A DNA stretch of 63,126 bases, counting the filler, from Hausera hauseri (lineage: Eukaryota), in the NCBI GenBank assembly GCA_046269625.1. It is 9 parts of 9 records of this genome, joined end to end, with 100 filler letters (N's around TTAATTAATTAA, not from the genome) between each part and the next. Parts side by side here need not be neighbours in the genome. Positions count along the whole stretch, not along the records: positions 24,638 to 30,379 come from JBJURY010196748.1; positions 30,480 to 38,133 come from JBJURY010002902.1; positions 38,234 to 42,915 come from JBJURY010477020.1; 6 more parts are not named here. One strand, written 5' to 3'. Shown here one piece after another: positions 24,797-38,831 of this stretch; within the stretch, counting starts at the first letter, position 1; each line of letters opens with the position of its first letter. Under the pieces are notes generated by a model. It searched no databases. It was not told the DNA's origin and saw only the letters and a list, made by a program, of their open reading frames with translations. Position numbers and translations under genes: made by a program.

Positions 24797-27700
24797 CACT
24801 ACATCACACCCCCGTGACAAGATGAGGACTATGAAGAAAAAAATAAATGAAAATTATAGTAGGAAAAGGAGAACTTGTATCTATTCGGTTTTGGTACGTA
24901 TAAGACGTTAGATTCCATCTATGAACTTCTCCCTGCTGTAAGTACTAAATGTCACTTGGCGTGAGTTGTTAGATGCTACTGGTGCTTGTGCAGGTGTTTG
25001 AGGGAGAGATACTGTTAATTGTGTGGTGTTTTGGGAGGATTCTTCATGAAGAAATAAAAGTGAAAAAGAAGCTGAAAAGGAAAAAAATTATGCGAAGAAA
25101 ACGAAACTGGAGATGGCAGCGAATCGTGCGATGAAGGTGAAATGAGTAATGGATGTGCAGGCGAAGACGGAGAAGAAAATGGTGAAGGAGCAGTGGATGA
25201 TGACGGAAGTGATGAGAACTGATTGTGACGCGAGAGTGAATGCTGCGGAAGATTAAAATCATCAAGGAAATTAGATGATTGCTCGAGGGTAGAGAAGTTA
25301 GAGTTGGGATTTGAAACAATGCTGCTGTCGTGGTCATCTTTAACAAAGAAGGCTGGCTTAAGATTAGAGATGTGTACGTTGTAAGGTCTGTGCTTGCGTA
25401 AAATAATGGCGATATGCGAAGAAGGGTTTAGTAGTTTGTAAGGGCCAACGTATTTGGGCCGAAAACCAGAAGGTGGCGGATCCTTCAGCCATACAAACTT
25501 GGCTGAATATAAGTCTTCGGGAATATAGGATTTGCCATTATTTATGAGGCGTCAAAATGCGTTTGAGTTGATATCTACAAAGTGTGACTGTCGCGCACGA
25601 ATAACTTCATCTGACGGGCTTTTATAGAGATTGGAGAGCTCAACTAGGGCACGAATTTGTGACCCAAAAAGAGCTTCAGCTGGAGCACAGCCTGTGGTGG
25701 TGGATGGCCAACCTATTAGGACAAGAGGAAGAATTGAGGTCCAGTTATGATTGTTGTTTGCTAGTATTTTTAAGGAAATCTTCATGGTGCGATGAAATCT
25801 CTCGAAAAAAACATTTGCTTTGGGATGATACGGCGTCGTATGGAGATGGGCTATCTCCAAGTGCCTTACAAGATATTTGAAAAAATCAGCTTCAAATTGC
25901 GGACCCTGGTCCGTTATGATATGACGTGGTGAGTCAAAACGGCTGACCCATATCTTGGTAAATGCATCTGCGACTGAGTCTGTGTTGGTTGCTAGAAGCG
26001 GAACGGCTTCAGGCCAGTAGAAAGCACGATCCATTATGGATAAGATATTTTGATAATCATTGTCGGAAGGTAGAGGACCCACAAGATCCAAATGCACGGT
26101 TTCAAAACAAGAAGTGCAAAGGAGGTGGTAAAGTGGTGGTTTGAGTTGTTTGTGGATTTTATATTTCTGACATGCTACACATCTCTTGACCCAGATCTGT
26201 ACTTCGGTACGCATAGTTGCCCATAAAACATGGCGTTGCAATAGACGAAATGTGGCTTTTGAACCCGAATGATGAAGAAAGTGAAAACGAGTGAAAGCTG
26301 TCTTTTGTAACGATGGAGCCAGAATGATTTTCTTGTTGGTCGAGTTGGAAGGTTTGCCATCAATAATTTCAAAAGATTTAAAAGCTGGGAGAATAACAGA
26401 CGATGGTTCATTACTTCTCAGGATTTCAGATGAAAAAATTGGCTGAAATGTAATTGAGTTGACCGACCGCGACCGAAAGTCTGCTATTAAATTTTCGGTG
26501 CCGGAAATGTATTTCATAGAAAATCTAAATGTCGACAGGTATGATATCTGTAGCTCCTGTCTGGGTGATGGCTGTTTTAACGTCATGATATAAATTAGAG
26601 ACTTGTGATCGGTCTGGATGGTAAACTGACGAGATAGAAGCAAATGCTTGAAATGCTTTACCGCTAAAACTACGGTCAGGAGTTCACGATCGAATGTTGA
26701 GTATCGGCTTTCCTGTTGCGTGAGCTTTCGGGAATAAAATTCCAATGGTTCGTCAACATCATTGTATATTTGGTGTAATATTGCACGAGTGGATGTGGTT
26801 GTGGCATCGGTAGTTAATATCAGTTCCGAGTTTGGATTTGGAAAAGCCAAGATTTCAGCGGTTTTTAAACCTTCACGAAGGCGATCAAATTGATTTACTA
26901 TATCGGGAGTCCAATGGATTAATTGTCTTTTCGTGCTGGGTGAGAGGTGTGCGAAAGGTGCAGTTAGCTCGGAGCAATGTGGAACGTATTTTTGTACGAA
27001 ATTCAATGTCCCTAGAAAACTCCTCATATGGTAGTCGTAGTTGGTATTGTCACATTTTTTAATTGTTGTAAGCGATCAGGCTGGGGCGAATGCCCTTCGA
27101 GAGTAATTATGTGGCCTAAGAAGTTGACGCGTTTCCGGAAGAAAGAACATTTGGCGAAATTTATTTGCAGGTTGCTTTAATGCAATCTATGGAAAATAAT
27201 TCTGAGGTTATGATGATGTTGTTTGATGGAGCTGGAAACGACTAATATGTCACCTATGTATGGGTAAGCAAAATAAAGACCTGAGAGGACGGTTTCAATG
27301 TGGCGCTGAAAGGTGTGAGATGCACTACGTAGGCCGAAAGGCACGAAGATGTATTCGTAAGGCCAAATGTTGTGATGACAGCAGTTTTTAAAATGTCATC
27401 AGGAGCGACAGGAATTTGATGGCAGGCCTTGTGCAGATCAATGGTAGAATAGGCATTGGTGTTGTTGAGTCTATGAAGAATATCTTTAATGAGTGGTAGT
27501 GGATAGGCATCTGTAATAGTTAGATTGTTTAATTGTAATTAGTCGCCACATGGCCTATAGGTATCATCTTTCTTTACCACTAGAAGAAGAGGAGAAGCCC
27601 ATGGTGAATTCGATCGCCGAATGATGCCAGACCTTTCCAGTTCCTGCTTAATTGACATCCGTATTTGCAAGTGACCAATAGATCATGTGCAACAAGAAAA

Positions 27701-29380
27701 TCTGAGCCTATTATGAGTGATTTAATGTTGGCCACGTGGAACTTCCAAATAAATTTATCTGGCAAGTTGGCGAATGTGAAAGTCAATTCCGTGGTTCCTG
27801 CAACGTGCAACGGTTGACCACTGGCAGTGAAAAGCGGTGGACAGGAAATTATAGTCGACGTAGGAACGAAGGACAAGGAAAGGAGCGAAAAGGCAGCTCC
27901 TGAGTCTATAAGGAAGTCGATATATGAAGTGTCTCTGCATGACAGTACAGCTTTCAACAGAAAGACTGTAGAGGCGGTGTTGAAACGGCCAGAAGGTTGA
28001 GCGATATTGCCTGCGCAAGAATGTGTCGTAAAATTTGGCGGCGTTATTAGTTTTTCGAAGGTTTTGGAGAAAAGGAAGAAAATGAAGAATTGCGAGGAGA
28101 TTTATCGTTGTAATGTTTACAACCAGGCACACATAATCTAGCCCATGACTGAAACTTATTGTAATAGACGCAAATGGGGTTGTCCACAGCATACCGTTCG
28201 CTGTAGAACCGACAACCAAAAAAACATTTCCGAGCATCCCTTCGAAATAGCGTGTGATAAAAGCAAATCATGCGTCCGCCAGGTAAAATGGATCGAGCAG
28301 AATATCTGGAAATGCTTCTCTCCTTTGAAGGTCTGGTTTCACTTTATCGAAGCCCATTAAGATTATTTAGTTGGGTAGTAATGGCCAAAATCGACTGCTG
28401 CAACTCGTCAAACTGTTGCTGCATCATTTGCAATTGTTGTGAAGTGTTATCTGTGTCTGAAGGTGTGAGCGGTTGCTGCCGCTACTGGTTGGTGACTATT
28501 AGATTGCAAAATGTCAAAGCTTTTGTCTGCCAATAAGGCGAGATTTTTAAGGACCGTTGAGAAGTCTACTACAGTGAGCCGTGCTCCGATGAAGGTCGGC
28601 AAGGATGAAAGAAACTACCGACGAAAAATATCGGCATTGTTTATAAGAGTGATGCCTAACGAACTAAGTTGAGATATTGTAGTTTTAAGGAAATCCGATG
28701 GTTTTTGATTTCCGATGGCATGTTCATTAAAGTATTTCTGAATTATGATGTCAATGGAAGGGTCGGTAATGTGCAGAACTGATTCATAAAGCATATCATA
28801 TGGATTTGAAGAAGTTAGTATGTCGGTCAGATTATTGATTTGCTGCTTGATATTAGCTGGAAGTAGTAACAACAAACTGTTCGCCCGCAAGAAGGAATGT
28901 GATATGATTAGCCTTAAGTTATTGCAAATGGAAATGTAAGCAGGTACGATTCGAATTCGTCTTATCGAGAAAAATCTGTACAGGGGAGATTTGGAGATGT
29001 AGATGGTGTGGGGTCGGCAGGACGACGACCAGATCTGGTCTTAGTGGGGTTTTCCACATAGGAAGGATCGGGGTCCGATCCACCCCGTAAGCGAAAGTGA
29101 AGAGTGAGGTGGATAATTTTGGAAGAAAATGCAGAAAGTTGGTCATTGAGATTGAGTATAGAACCATGATGTGAGATAAAAGTCTGACAAGTTGAGGAGA
29201 GAGGATAGATGTGCGTGAAGGTGATGAGAGGTATACGTGTGTGGCACATAGAAGGTATGGAGGTGTGTATTATTGAGGAATATAAATAGGGAAAAGGGAC
29301 GCGGCGCAGTGGGGGCGGTCACGCTCGATTTCTCACCAAAATCATTGATAGTTCTGTCTTGATCCGGGCTAGCATAGCTC
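24797..29380 (-). mobile_element. Decayed Ty3/Gypsy retrotransposon (family A, copy 2)
   Basis: Gag (28047-28890) with double knuckle; FLIDSGA protease; RT YPYIGD; RNase H LTTDAT; integrase HLDLVGP, ITDQG; purine tract GGGGGTGTGA plus TGTAGTG at 24803. Collinear with 1810-7420. Confidence 0.93.
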
Positions 29381-29814
29381 TGAGATGACATATTGCACTC
29401 CTTAACCAGTTAAATGATGGAATGTCGATTCGCAAATGTTTATCATAACTACCTTTTGATAAAGGTGACTCGGGCAATCCTATTTGGCGTTTTTGCTTCA
29501 ACGTAACTGATCGCACTGATCCTTGAACAGTATTGACAATTTATTTTTTATGGTCCATATCTGCCAACATTTCATGGAAATTTGTGGCATTCGGGAAAAC
29601 CGTTTTAGCTTGAGATGTACGTGTAAGGACACTTTTGCTAAATAAATGCGGTTCAGGATCTCTCCCAGTTATGCATTTTCTACATGTCAATTGATATACA
29701 TATATTACTCCAAATATATCGTGAATAATGAACAGGATGTTATCCGGCCAACATCCCCTTGCACATATGTTGATAACATAATCATTTTTTTGTTATTGGA
29801 GCTTTATCAATATA

Positions 29815-29991
29815 TTTCCGCAACAAAGACCCATGTTGCCAAATTACGAAGCTGTCTGAGTATTGTGAAAGACGAAATTGAGCCCGATTGAACAAACCCG
29901 ATGGTAAATATTCGAACTGGTATAGTAAATTTGATACTTTAACATCAACTGGCAGCAAGCAAGGAACATAATTGAACGATGCTCCTGGTAC
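29815..29991 (-). pseudogene. Roco-family COR domain fragment
   Basis: VPCLLP..YQFEYLPSGLFNRAQFRLSQYSD..IWQHGSLL. Confidence 0.65.
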
Positions 29992-30150
29992 AGTTGGACC
30001 GATACACATTACCTGTTTTTTATTAAAAAGCAACTGTTCGGTAATTTGAATAAATCGAACAATATCGATTGTTGGAACAATTATATCGGAAAATTTTGTT
30101 TCAGGTTTAATAATAAATTCAGGCATATTTTCTATCCAGTGAACCAATTT
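29992..30150 (-). pseudogene. Axonemal dynein heavy chain fragment (just before the AAA3 P-loop)
   Basis: W....PEF...PETKFSDIIVPTIDIVR....EQLLFNKKQVMCIGPT, truncated inside the GPTGTGK motif. Confidence 0.8.
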
Positions 30151-30799
30151 CATTTTCTTGTCCTTTTTAGCTTCTCCTTCTTGTTTATTACTTTCGGCTG
30201 AATTAAAAGAACTAATTATTATTTTGAAAAGACTTTCAAGGTTCTCCTGTTCGGATGACTTTGAAGAATTACTATCAGTAGCCAAGCCATCAACTTGACC
30301 CAAATTTGGAGTGGTTCCCATAATGGACTGAGTCTCCTGATTGTACTCACTATCCATATCATCATCACCATTGTTCATANNNNNNNNNNNNNNNNNNNNN
30401 NNNNNNNNNNNNNNNNNNNNNNNTTAATTAATTAANNNNNNNNNNNNNNNNNNNNNNNNNNNNNNNNNNNNNNNNNNNNTACTAGGGATGCACTCTATAT
30501 CTACATTAACATCTGCATTGGCTGCTGTAATATTTTCACATGTCTGTATCAGTCTGATAAGTAACATTGGGCTGATGGTAATATATGTTGTTTATTTCCA
30601 TCTTATTGCTGTTCATGTTTGGGTTTCTGGGGGCAGAAGGGATTGGTCATGTGGTATTTGTTTTCTCAAGTAAAATTGATACTGATGCAGGACAGGTGTG
30701 TGTGATGTTTACCTGAAGTAAAGAAGCAATGCCAGAAGTGTACTCATTTTTTCAGACTTGAAAGGGTATGGAAATATATGTATAACTTAAATACATATC

Positions 30800-31610
30800 A
30801 GTTGCTGCAACTTACATCAGGTTCTTCTGTGGTTCCTGATTGTTCACCTTGCAATCCATGAGGATTAAAATCGTAGTAGGCTCCTTGCTGTAAAACAAAA
30901 ATGTATCAGATAAAATCCTAATACATGGGAAAAGTTCAATAAACTGAGACAAGTAATAAAGCCTTGGTTTTAATACAAAAAAGGGATAATAAAGTATAAA
31001 AACAAAACCATCTAATTTGACTCCTTAAAATTTCAGCTAAATTAAAAACACATGTGAATTAAAATTAATTATATGAATTTTCTTTGACTTTGACTAACTA
31101 TTATAGTAAAATCACACAAGAAAAATGTATCATGCTGTGTTTCTGTGTCATGTTTTTTTAAATACTAAAAAGTCAGTGCTTACTGATTCCTCAAAAGCTG
31201 TACCACTATCAGTGTTGTTGACCTCAGTACAAGTTTTTCTGTAAAAAAAAATGGAACATGACATTAAACAGCTTCACTCCAAAAAAAAATGTCAGTAACC
31301 TTTTATCAATAAACTGTTAAAGAAATTTTTTAATTAAGTCACCTAGTCTAACCTTAGCTTATAACATATTTATTATATTAGGTTTTCACAAATTTTAAAA
31401 CCAAACAGTATCAAGTGGTATTGGAAGTTTTAACTTTGTAACTGATTGACATATAAAGCCTTTAGTTATTTCACTCTATACGTTTACCATTGCATGGAAG
31501 GCTTGTATGTCAAGAAATATATTAAGCTGGTAAAAAAAGTCACTAATGCTTCCTACAAAAAACAATACAAATAAGCATGCGCAAAAATAACCTACCTTTT
31601 CTTCCATCGT
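30800..31610 (-). CDS. 5' exons of a gene divergent from the BEN gene
   Basis: ATGGAAGAAAAG|GTAGG near 31607, plus small exons with GTAAG donors near 31180 and 30815. Confidence 0.35.
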
Positions 31611-31759
31611 TTTGTTCTTGCTGGAACTTCTGTATTTTCAGCACCAGAAAAAGTGTATTTTCTTTTTAATCGGTTCATTTTTCCATCAATACATTTTTTT
31701 AAATACTGCGCGCCTAAACTTTTATAATGAGCAGCAATTGGTCCACCAAGTCAAATCCT

Positions 31760-31835
31760 TTGACAGACAGTGGATTGGAGCCAATCATTCAACAGGTCAT
31801 GATCCAATCAAACACAAAGGGGGCGGGACTACTTG
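31760..31835. promoter_or_regulatory. Bidirectional promoter-like segment
   Basis: ATTGG/CCAAT boxes (~31773-31785, ~31804) and GGGGCGGG GC-box between two divergent ATGs. Confidence 0.4.
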
Positions 31836-31908
31836 TACCGGTCAAGACGAAAAAAAAACCAGAAGACCCTCGACACAAGTTTCTGCAAGGAGTTCAAAGT
31901 TCGTTAAA

Positions 31909-34900
31909 ATGTCAAAGTTACGGTATGCGCTTGTTTCTTGGACAAAAGGTTGCGATAAAGATGCTGTCAGCATTGTCCCAACGAAGTGGATTGTAGACTT
32001 TGACTCTGAAGATACCTCCAGAGATTACCTGGTGGAGTGCCGATCTGCTAACACCAAAAAGCCTGTGAATGGCTGGCCAGTGGAACATGCCGTGGTGCTT
32101 CAGCTAGCAGGTGAGTTAACAGTTTTTATCGTGTACACTGTGTTATAAACATTTAACTATAATAAGTTACGCTGATATTGTTATCAGTTAAGGTTATATA
32201 TATATTCTATAACTATTTTGTGCGTGGTTCAGTCAGAAAAAAAATCGACAGACATGGGAGCTAGACCAATTAATCAATGATTTGAGTATTGAATGAACTA
32301 AACACATTTTTCTCCATTATATTTAGCTGTTCCGTGCAGAAATGTACAGTTAATATTTATTTCACTTGGTTTATGCAGAAGAATAGCATGGATTGTTCAA
32401 TTTTATAAATAAGTCTGTCCTAAACATAATTAAAGTTAGTTTAGGGCCTCATATTTGCTCTTAAGTGCAGAAGTACTGTATTTTTATTCATCATGAGTTT
32501 GTTTTAATGTATAATATGAGTGAGGTATCTTCAATACAAGTAAATGTCGTGCCATCATACCTTAAATTAAACTGATTGTTTTACAAAGAACATGCTCCTG
32601 CTAAAATACTGATTGAAAGAAATAATTACTTCTGTCACTGGTCTAAATGATGGTTAGTACTTGACCATTTGAAAGCTTTTTGTGTTTTTAACCAGAAAAA
32701 CATCTAAAATAATTATACAAGAGTTTAAAAAGTTTTTTTCGTCAGGGAGTTTTGGCTGCAATGAATTTAATTAAATGTTATTTTGCCTATGTCATTGCAG
32801 AGAAAGAATCAACGCTAAAAATTGCTGAGAAAACTCTACTTAAAGTGGACACACCAAAAGAGAATAAGGAAGCCTAAACGATTATTCTCTGAAGAAAACT
32901 CAACCGTCAGTGGAGATGAAACAAATCGTGACATCCCAAGAAAGGTACATGACTATTTCTAATAAACACATGAGAAAAATGTTCTTGTAAGGACAACTTT
33001 TAGAGGCATTATTGTTTGAGTACTTTGGATTTTTCTACACAAAAATACTATTTATGTGAACATTGTTAACTTCTCAGAAAGCAGCCAAACATGCTGCAAT
33101 GAAACAAGTGGAGGAAGAAATTCTTTTCCAAGAGAGGCCGCTTTCACCAGTATTCCGCAGTCCAGGTGAATCTCCCAGCGAAGAAAATGCTGCCAAAGTC
33201 AGAGACCTTCAGAACCAGGTTAAGGCTCTTCAGAAGGAAAATTCCCGTCTGCGCAACTTGGTCATAAATGGTAAGAATCACTTTTAGAACATATATTTAT
33301 AGACCTCTCCATATTTTTCGACAATAATTGCCACAGTGCAAAGAAAGGCATTATCTTCAACTTTTTGACTTATTTTCCAGTAGCCATTTTGACAGGAAAA
33401 AAGAGCCCAGTTGGAGAAGTGCTGCTTTATTACACTTCTTCTCTGTGTTTGGAAAAATAAAAGGTCTATAAAGTAAATTTGTTAGAGTATTGTTATTCCC
33501 TAAAAGATTGAAGAACTTTTAAAATCAAATCTTTTACAGCTAGAAGCACTCGGCGAGTGCAAACCTCCACCAATGCCAATTTCCCCCATCCAGCAACAGA
33601 GTTAATGTGCAAAACAAGAGATGGGAACAAATTTGCTGCAGTTCTGACGTAGCAAACATTTAAGCAGGCATTGGGATTAGTTCCCAGTTGAGTCCAATGT
33701 GAAAAAGAGTCAGAGACTCGTCACCCAACGTAATTCATCCACAAACTCCTCATGAGGACCCAGCCCAGCTGGGCCGCGTGGGCCACAACCTCCCTGGGCC
33801 AGGTAGGCTGCCCTAAACTGCTCTGAAATGAGACGGTCTACCCTGCGCCTGACATCGGCTTCACGTGGGTCTGGGTGACCACGTCCTCCCCCGTTACCAT
33901 AGTGATCAGTTTCATGACGGACTTAAAATATGTCGGTACGGTTATTTACATGTCTTTTTACTGGAAGAGTAACTTCACAGTTAAAATTTACATGTAAATA
34001 AATAATAAAAACATTAATGATTCTGGTTTAGCTCCAGTATCTATGACAGATTTTTTTATTATCATGACAATAAAGTCATAATATTATGAGAATAAAGTTG
34101 TGATATTACAAGAGAAAAAAAATCATATTCTTTCATGACGTGTTTATTTCCTCCTTATTTTCTCCACACCGTCTGTGTGTGTGTGTTTATAAAGTAGTCT
34201 GACTGTTCACTGTAAGATTACCGGTAATATGCTTCACTGCATGCGTTTTCCTGTAAAGGCTAGAATATGACTTTATTCTCATAAAATTATGACTTTATTC
34301 TCTTAATATTGACCTTGTTTTTATATGACGTTAATGTAATATTATGAGTTTACTGTCGTAATTTTAAAAAGTATAAAAGTCTTTTTATGTGGCCATAATA
34401 AAGTATCACCGTTGCATTTTTATATTTAACATGTTACTGCAGCATAAATTTTATCAGGAAAGTTGCTCAACTCACTTTTAAAAACAATTCCTTCAGTCTG
34501 TGGTGAATTTCCAAACGCCGACTCGTTGAAAAGATAAAAACTCCACCATCTTCGAGTTTATTTTGCTGCCTGTGCATTGAATTCTGGGATAGCCTCGGCC
34601 GGTGAGCATACATGGATGCATCCTTGGATTTTGAGAGTTTGTTGGGCGCATTCCTTGGCCGCATGGTGAGGAGTCTTCGGATTGGGACAGTCCTCCGCGC
34701 GGGGCAGTGATGTATGCAGCCGACAAATGTGCACTCATGAGGACCCCGCCCGTGAATTAAGACACAGCCCAAAAGTAGCACGGAAAAAAGTACCATGTCT
34801 TGTATTTATAGAAAGTTAAGAATTTTGTCTAAGAACGCCAAATAAAACATTTCTATGTCCACCAGATACAGTAGGAAATTCAAGAAAGCCCCTTGGGGCT

Positions 34901-37134
34901 TAAGAGGTAACTAAAAATGCTGAAATTAGTAAAATTAGTGTTGACTAAAAATATTGACTTTAAAAAATTTATTTTAGTTGATGTAATTGATTACATCTTC
35001 AAATCACAGCATCCCCAACAAAATCATTAATTTTTATTCTCTGTCTACAATTCTAGAGATTCCTGCACTGTTGGCTGATGTGAGAAAAGTTCTTCCCAAG
35101 GATATTGCTAAAGAGGTTGGCATGCTTAAGAGTCCCAGTGAGGAAGAAGCTGTGTCTTTCAAACCAGCTGATGTATGTATATAATTGTATTTCATTAAGT
35201 ATTTTTAGATACATATACATTTACACTCTGTTGTTTATGGTAATGTCTCTTTTTTTCCATTTTACAAGGTCAAATTGGGGAGTGATGGAATCACTATCTC
35301 AAGTCACTGTTGGGACACAGCAAAATCCCAAAAAACTGCTAATGCGATGGCTCGAGTGTTGCTGATGGGTCTGTTCAGTGTTGACGTTCTCATAAAATCG
35401 AACCTGACTGGAGGGATGAATAAAGTGGATCCTGCTGCAGAACGTCGCCAGGCTCTTGATGGGAAAAGGCTCCAAGTTTTACTTGGTAAATACCATTGAC
35501 AATCACTACACACACATACACACAGTGTTTCACATTACAATACTCCTGACAAATATCTAGATTTATTAAATGTTTAAATACTTCAGCAAATCTAGGATGA
35601 GTACTACAGGGCAATTTTCAAATAGGTTAAGCACATTTGTGAGGTTTAATGTTATCGTTTTTTTATCCAAGTTCTGTGTTTGGGGTCATTGACATGTTGG
35701 AACACATGTTCATGTTTCACCCATCTAGCTGTTCATACTAAATCAAGTAAAAAAAATTTGAGGTTCATCGCAGAATGTTCCATAGTTGATACTGCTATCA
35801 TGGTTTCAAGATCTTTATTGCCTCAACAGATTTCTGTCATTTTGAATGTGGCCAGAATGGATTTCTGTCATCTGTACAAAATAGATGGGGATAGAATCTG
35901 GATGTTTTTTGTTGCTGTCTGGCTAAGGCCACCCAGTGTAATGATACAAGATTAAAAGGAACCCCAGAACCATAGTTTTATCCAATTAGAGCAGAGCATG
36001 GTGGGTCTTACTGATGTCGGTAAGGCCAGGTGAAGCACATAGTCTGCAGGTTAAAGCAATTAGTCATTACTGAATTAGCAGACCCCTCCTGTCACACTAT
36101 GCTGCTGAGATACCCAAACTTTTGGTATCTAAAATCTAATTGTATTAAATGTTTGTGTTCGAAGCTTTGTTAGGTAACAAATAAATCCAACCTTACACAC
36201 GACTAAACTCAAGATGCTCACTCCTTGTGAGCAAGGACTGCCAATGGAGCACGACGGCTGAGTGTCTGAAAGATTTGCAGTTTCAGTTTTTTTTTAATAA
36301 ACTATAGCCTCTTTCATAAGACAGCTCAGTCTGGGTTTAGCGCATGTTCTGTCCTCCGATAAACATTCAGAAAAACACGAAGGCAGGTAGGCTAGTAAAA
36401 TCAGTCTGCCTCTGAGCCAGGCCAGGAGGTAGTATCAGATGCGACTCCAGTGACTTGGGAAAGAGCAACCCTCTGATCTGCGCTCAGAAAATATTAATGA
36501 GCTGATGACAACAGTGAGCAACCGCAGCATCTAACCAACAAACAGATTTATTATCGAGGGAATATTAAACATGGCACAGAACAACAATTTTATAGTAGTT
36601 TAAAAAATATCAAATCACAAAATTACTAAATTAAGGTGATTCTGTTTGACACGAAGATGCAGATGTCCGTCCCACAATAAACATATCGCGGTTCGGGATG
36701 CAAACAATTCATCAATTTACAATTAATTGTTGATTGATGGTTTATTAGATTAAAGTTTCTTCCATTCGATTAATTGAAAACATCTCTTTAAACCTTATTT
36801 CAGTGTTCATAGATTCAGTCGACCCTGGATGAAATATGTGAAATAGATCTTTAATAACCCAAAATAAGTGGTAGTTAAACTGGAAATTGTATTTTAGACA
36901 ACCACATTAATCGAGTTGCCTAAAACATTCCTTGAACTTACAAAGTTACAAAGTTAATTTTACAAATTATAAACATGTGTTTATTATTTGTTTCTTTTTT
37001 CCAAAGATGCGGTTGTAGACCACTATCCTGGGACGAAGATTTCTGACATCAGAAAAGCAATTAATGCAAGAATATGTGAGTTGAGGCATCAAGTAAAGCG
37101 AAAGAAAATTAATAATGAAACTGAGCAGATTTAA
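31909..37134 (+). CDS. Six-exon BEN-domain protein gene (one apparent frameshift in exon 2)
   Basis: Exons 31909-32110, 32801-32944, 33078-33270, 35057-35172, 35269-35485, 37007-37134 with GT-AG sites and compatible phases. Coiled coil, then MARVLLMGLFSVDVLIKSNLTG..ALD..L|DAV..IRKAINARICELR (BEN). Confidence 0.8.
33538..33600 (+). mobile_element. End of a teleost non-autonomous element inside an intron
   Basis: CTAGAAGCACTCGGCGAGTGCAAACCTCCACCAA resembles, from memory, termini of common fish Helentron-like short elements. Confidence 0.3.
34040..34400. repeat. MITE-like inverted minisatellite arms
   Basis: GAGAATAAAGT/CAATAAAGTCAT units on the left; complementary ATGACTTTATTCTC units on the right. 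Confidence 0.5.
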
Positions 37135-37539
37135 CAAACTACTAGTTACTAGTTTATTTCCTATTTACTAGTTGGGGCTGTTCAAATGCAAGCACAAATG
37201 TTACAATGTTTGAAATGTTAAAAAAAGAAATATCTTTGTTTTGTTTTACTGTATCCCTGACTAAATGTGAAAGTTAATGCAAAAATATTGTTATAAAATT
37301 TTGCAATTTTGTCTTTTATTTTGGTTATAAATCACATCTGCTTTTCTGTCTTGCTCATGTTTACATGATTCACATTGTGTGTCATTGTTGGGAACTAGTG
37401 CACTTGTTAAAAATTTTTTGTGTAAAGGAATAAAAGTGAAGTTCCACTTTAAAATCTGTATCCTGGTATTTAATCTATTGTTAAAATGTTTAACTGTTCC
37501 AACGCATGTGTGAAATGTCAATCCTTTGACATAGAGAAT

Positions 37540-38126
37540 AATATATTTGAACATATATGTACCAGTAAATATATTTGAAAATATATAAAAAGTCAGATAT
37601 TCTATATATGCTAAAATATATTGTCAAATATACCAATGTAATATATAATACATTATATAATATGTAAGGAATTGCCACATTTACATATTAAAAAATATAT
37701 GCCAGAATATATTATTAAAATATATTTAGATATATTAGTTAATATAATATAAAATATATTAAATTTATATATTTTACAATATATTTTAAATATATTGTGT
37801 GACATATTGTTCATTATATTTTGGCATATATGTGTAAATGTATATTCTCATATATTTTTGAATATATGAAAAGCGGCAATTCCTTATATATTATTACATA
37901 TATTACAATATATTGCATTGATATATTTTTCAATATATTTTACAACATATATTTAATGCTGTAATTTTTATTTTATTTTAGTGTATTATAATCTATATCA
38001 ACTGATAAAAACAGCAATAACATTAATCTTGTCAAATACTTTCAAACAACCCAAAAATCCAAACATTATGAAATACAATATATTGTTGAAAAATATATGA
38101 TAAAATATATTTTTCTTGCGTAAGGG
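37540..38126. mobile_element. AT-rich subterminal region and possible terminus of a CACTA/EnSpm-like DNA transposon
   Basis: Dense AATATAT/ATATATT units; inverted pair TAAGGAATTGCC (~37666) / GGCAATTCCTTA (~37875); ends TTTTCTTGCGTAAGGG. Partner TIR not in the contig. Confidence 0.4.
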
Positions 38127-38233
38127 TAACCATNNNNNNNNNNNNNNNNNNNNNNNNNNNNNNNNNNNNNNNNNNNNTTAATTAATTAANNNNNNNNNNN
38201 NNNNNNNNNNNNNNNNNNNNNNNNNNNNNNNNN

Positions 38234-38480
38234 ATGCCTTACATGTGAGGTAGTGTGCCAAATCAATTATGAAGACTTTTACAATGTCCATAAACAGCAC
38301 TTGATTTCCTTCACTAAGTCGATAAAACAAATATTCAGTACCAATATGCCAATAACGATTTCGTGCCAAAGGAAAATCGAGGGTACAGTTCATATGTGTA
38401 TTGCTCATGTGCAATACACAACTCTCAGAATTGCCACTATACCATGAGGAGCTACTATGGGCACAAATTCAATAGGTGAG
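38234..38480 (+). pseudogene. Paralog of the Cys/His-rich gene at 9071-9604
   Basis: CLTCEVVC..YEDFYNVHKQHLIS..NMP.T..TMRSYYGHKFNR aligns directly with the ORF at 9179-9553. Confidence 0.85.
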
Positions 38481-38831
38481 ATGCAATAGATGAACCGATC
38501 GGCATAGATGACTTCCTATCCAGCCCCGCTACCTACATTTGGGATAACCCTAGAATAGGAAAATAATGCACGCCAATTTTTCAATTGAAAAGAAACGGCA
38601 GTTAACAGTGCCAGTAGACAAGCAAATGAAAGCTTTGTTGAAGAAGCAGTATCAGAAGTATCAAAACCTACTACAGTTATACACTGGAAACAACTTCCAG
38701 AGAAAATCAGATAAATAGGGACTCAGAAACGAGCTTAAATCGATGAATAAACCTCCTGAGGCAACCACGTTATGGCGTCACCTCTCCTGATGCAATACGC
38801 ACATCCGAAGATGCCGCTCAGGGAGGATAAA

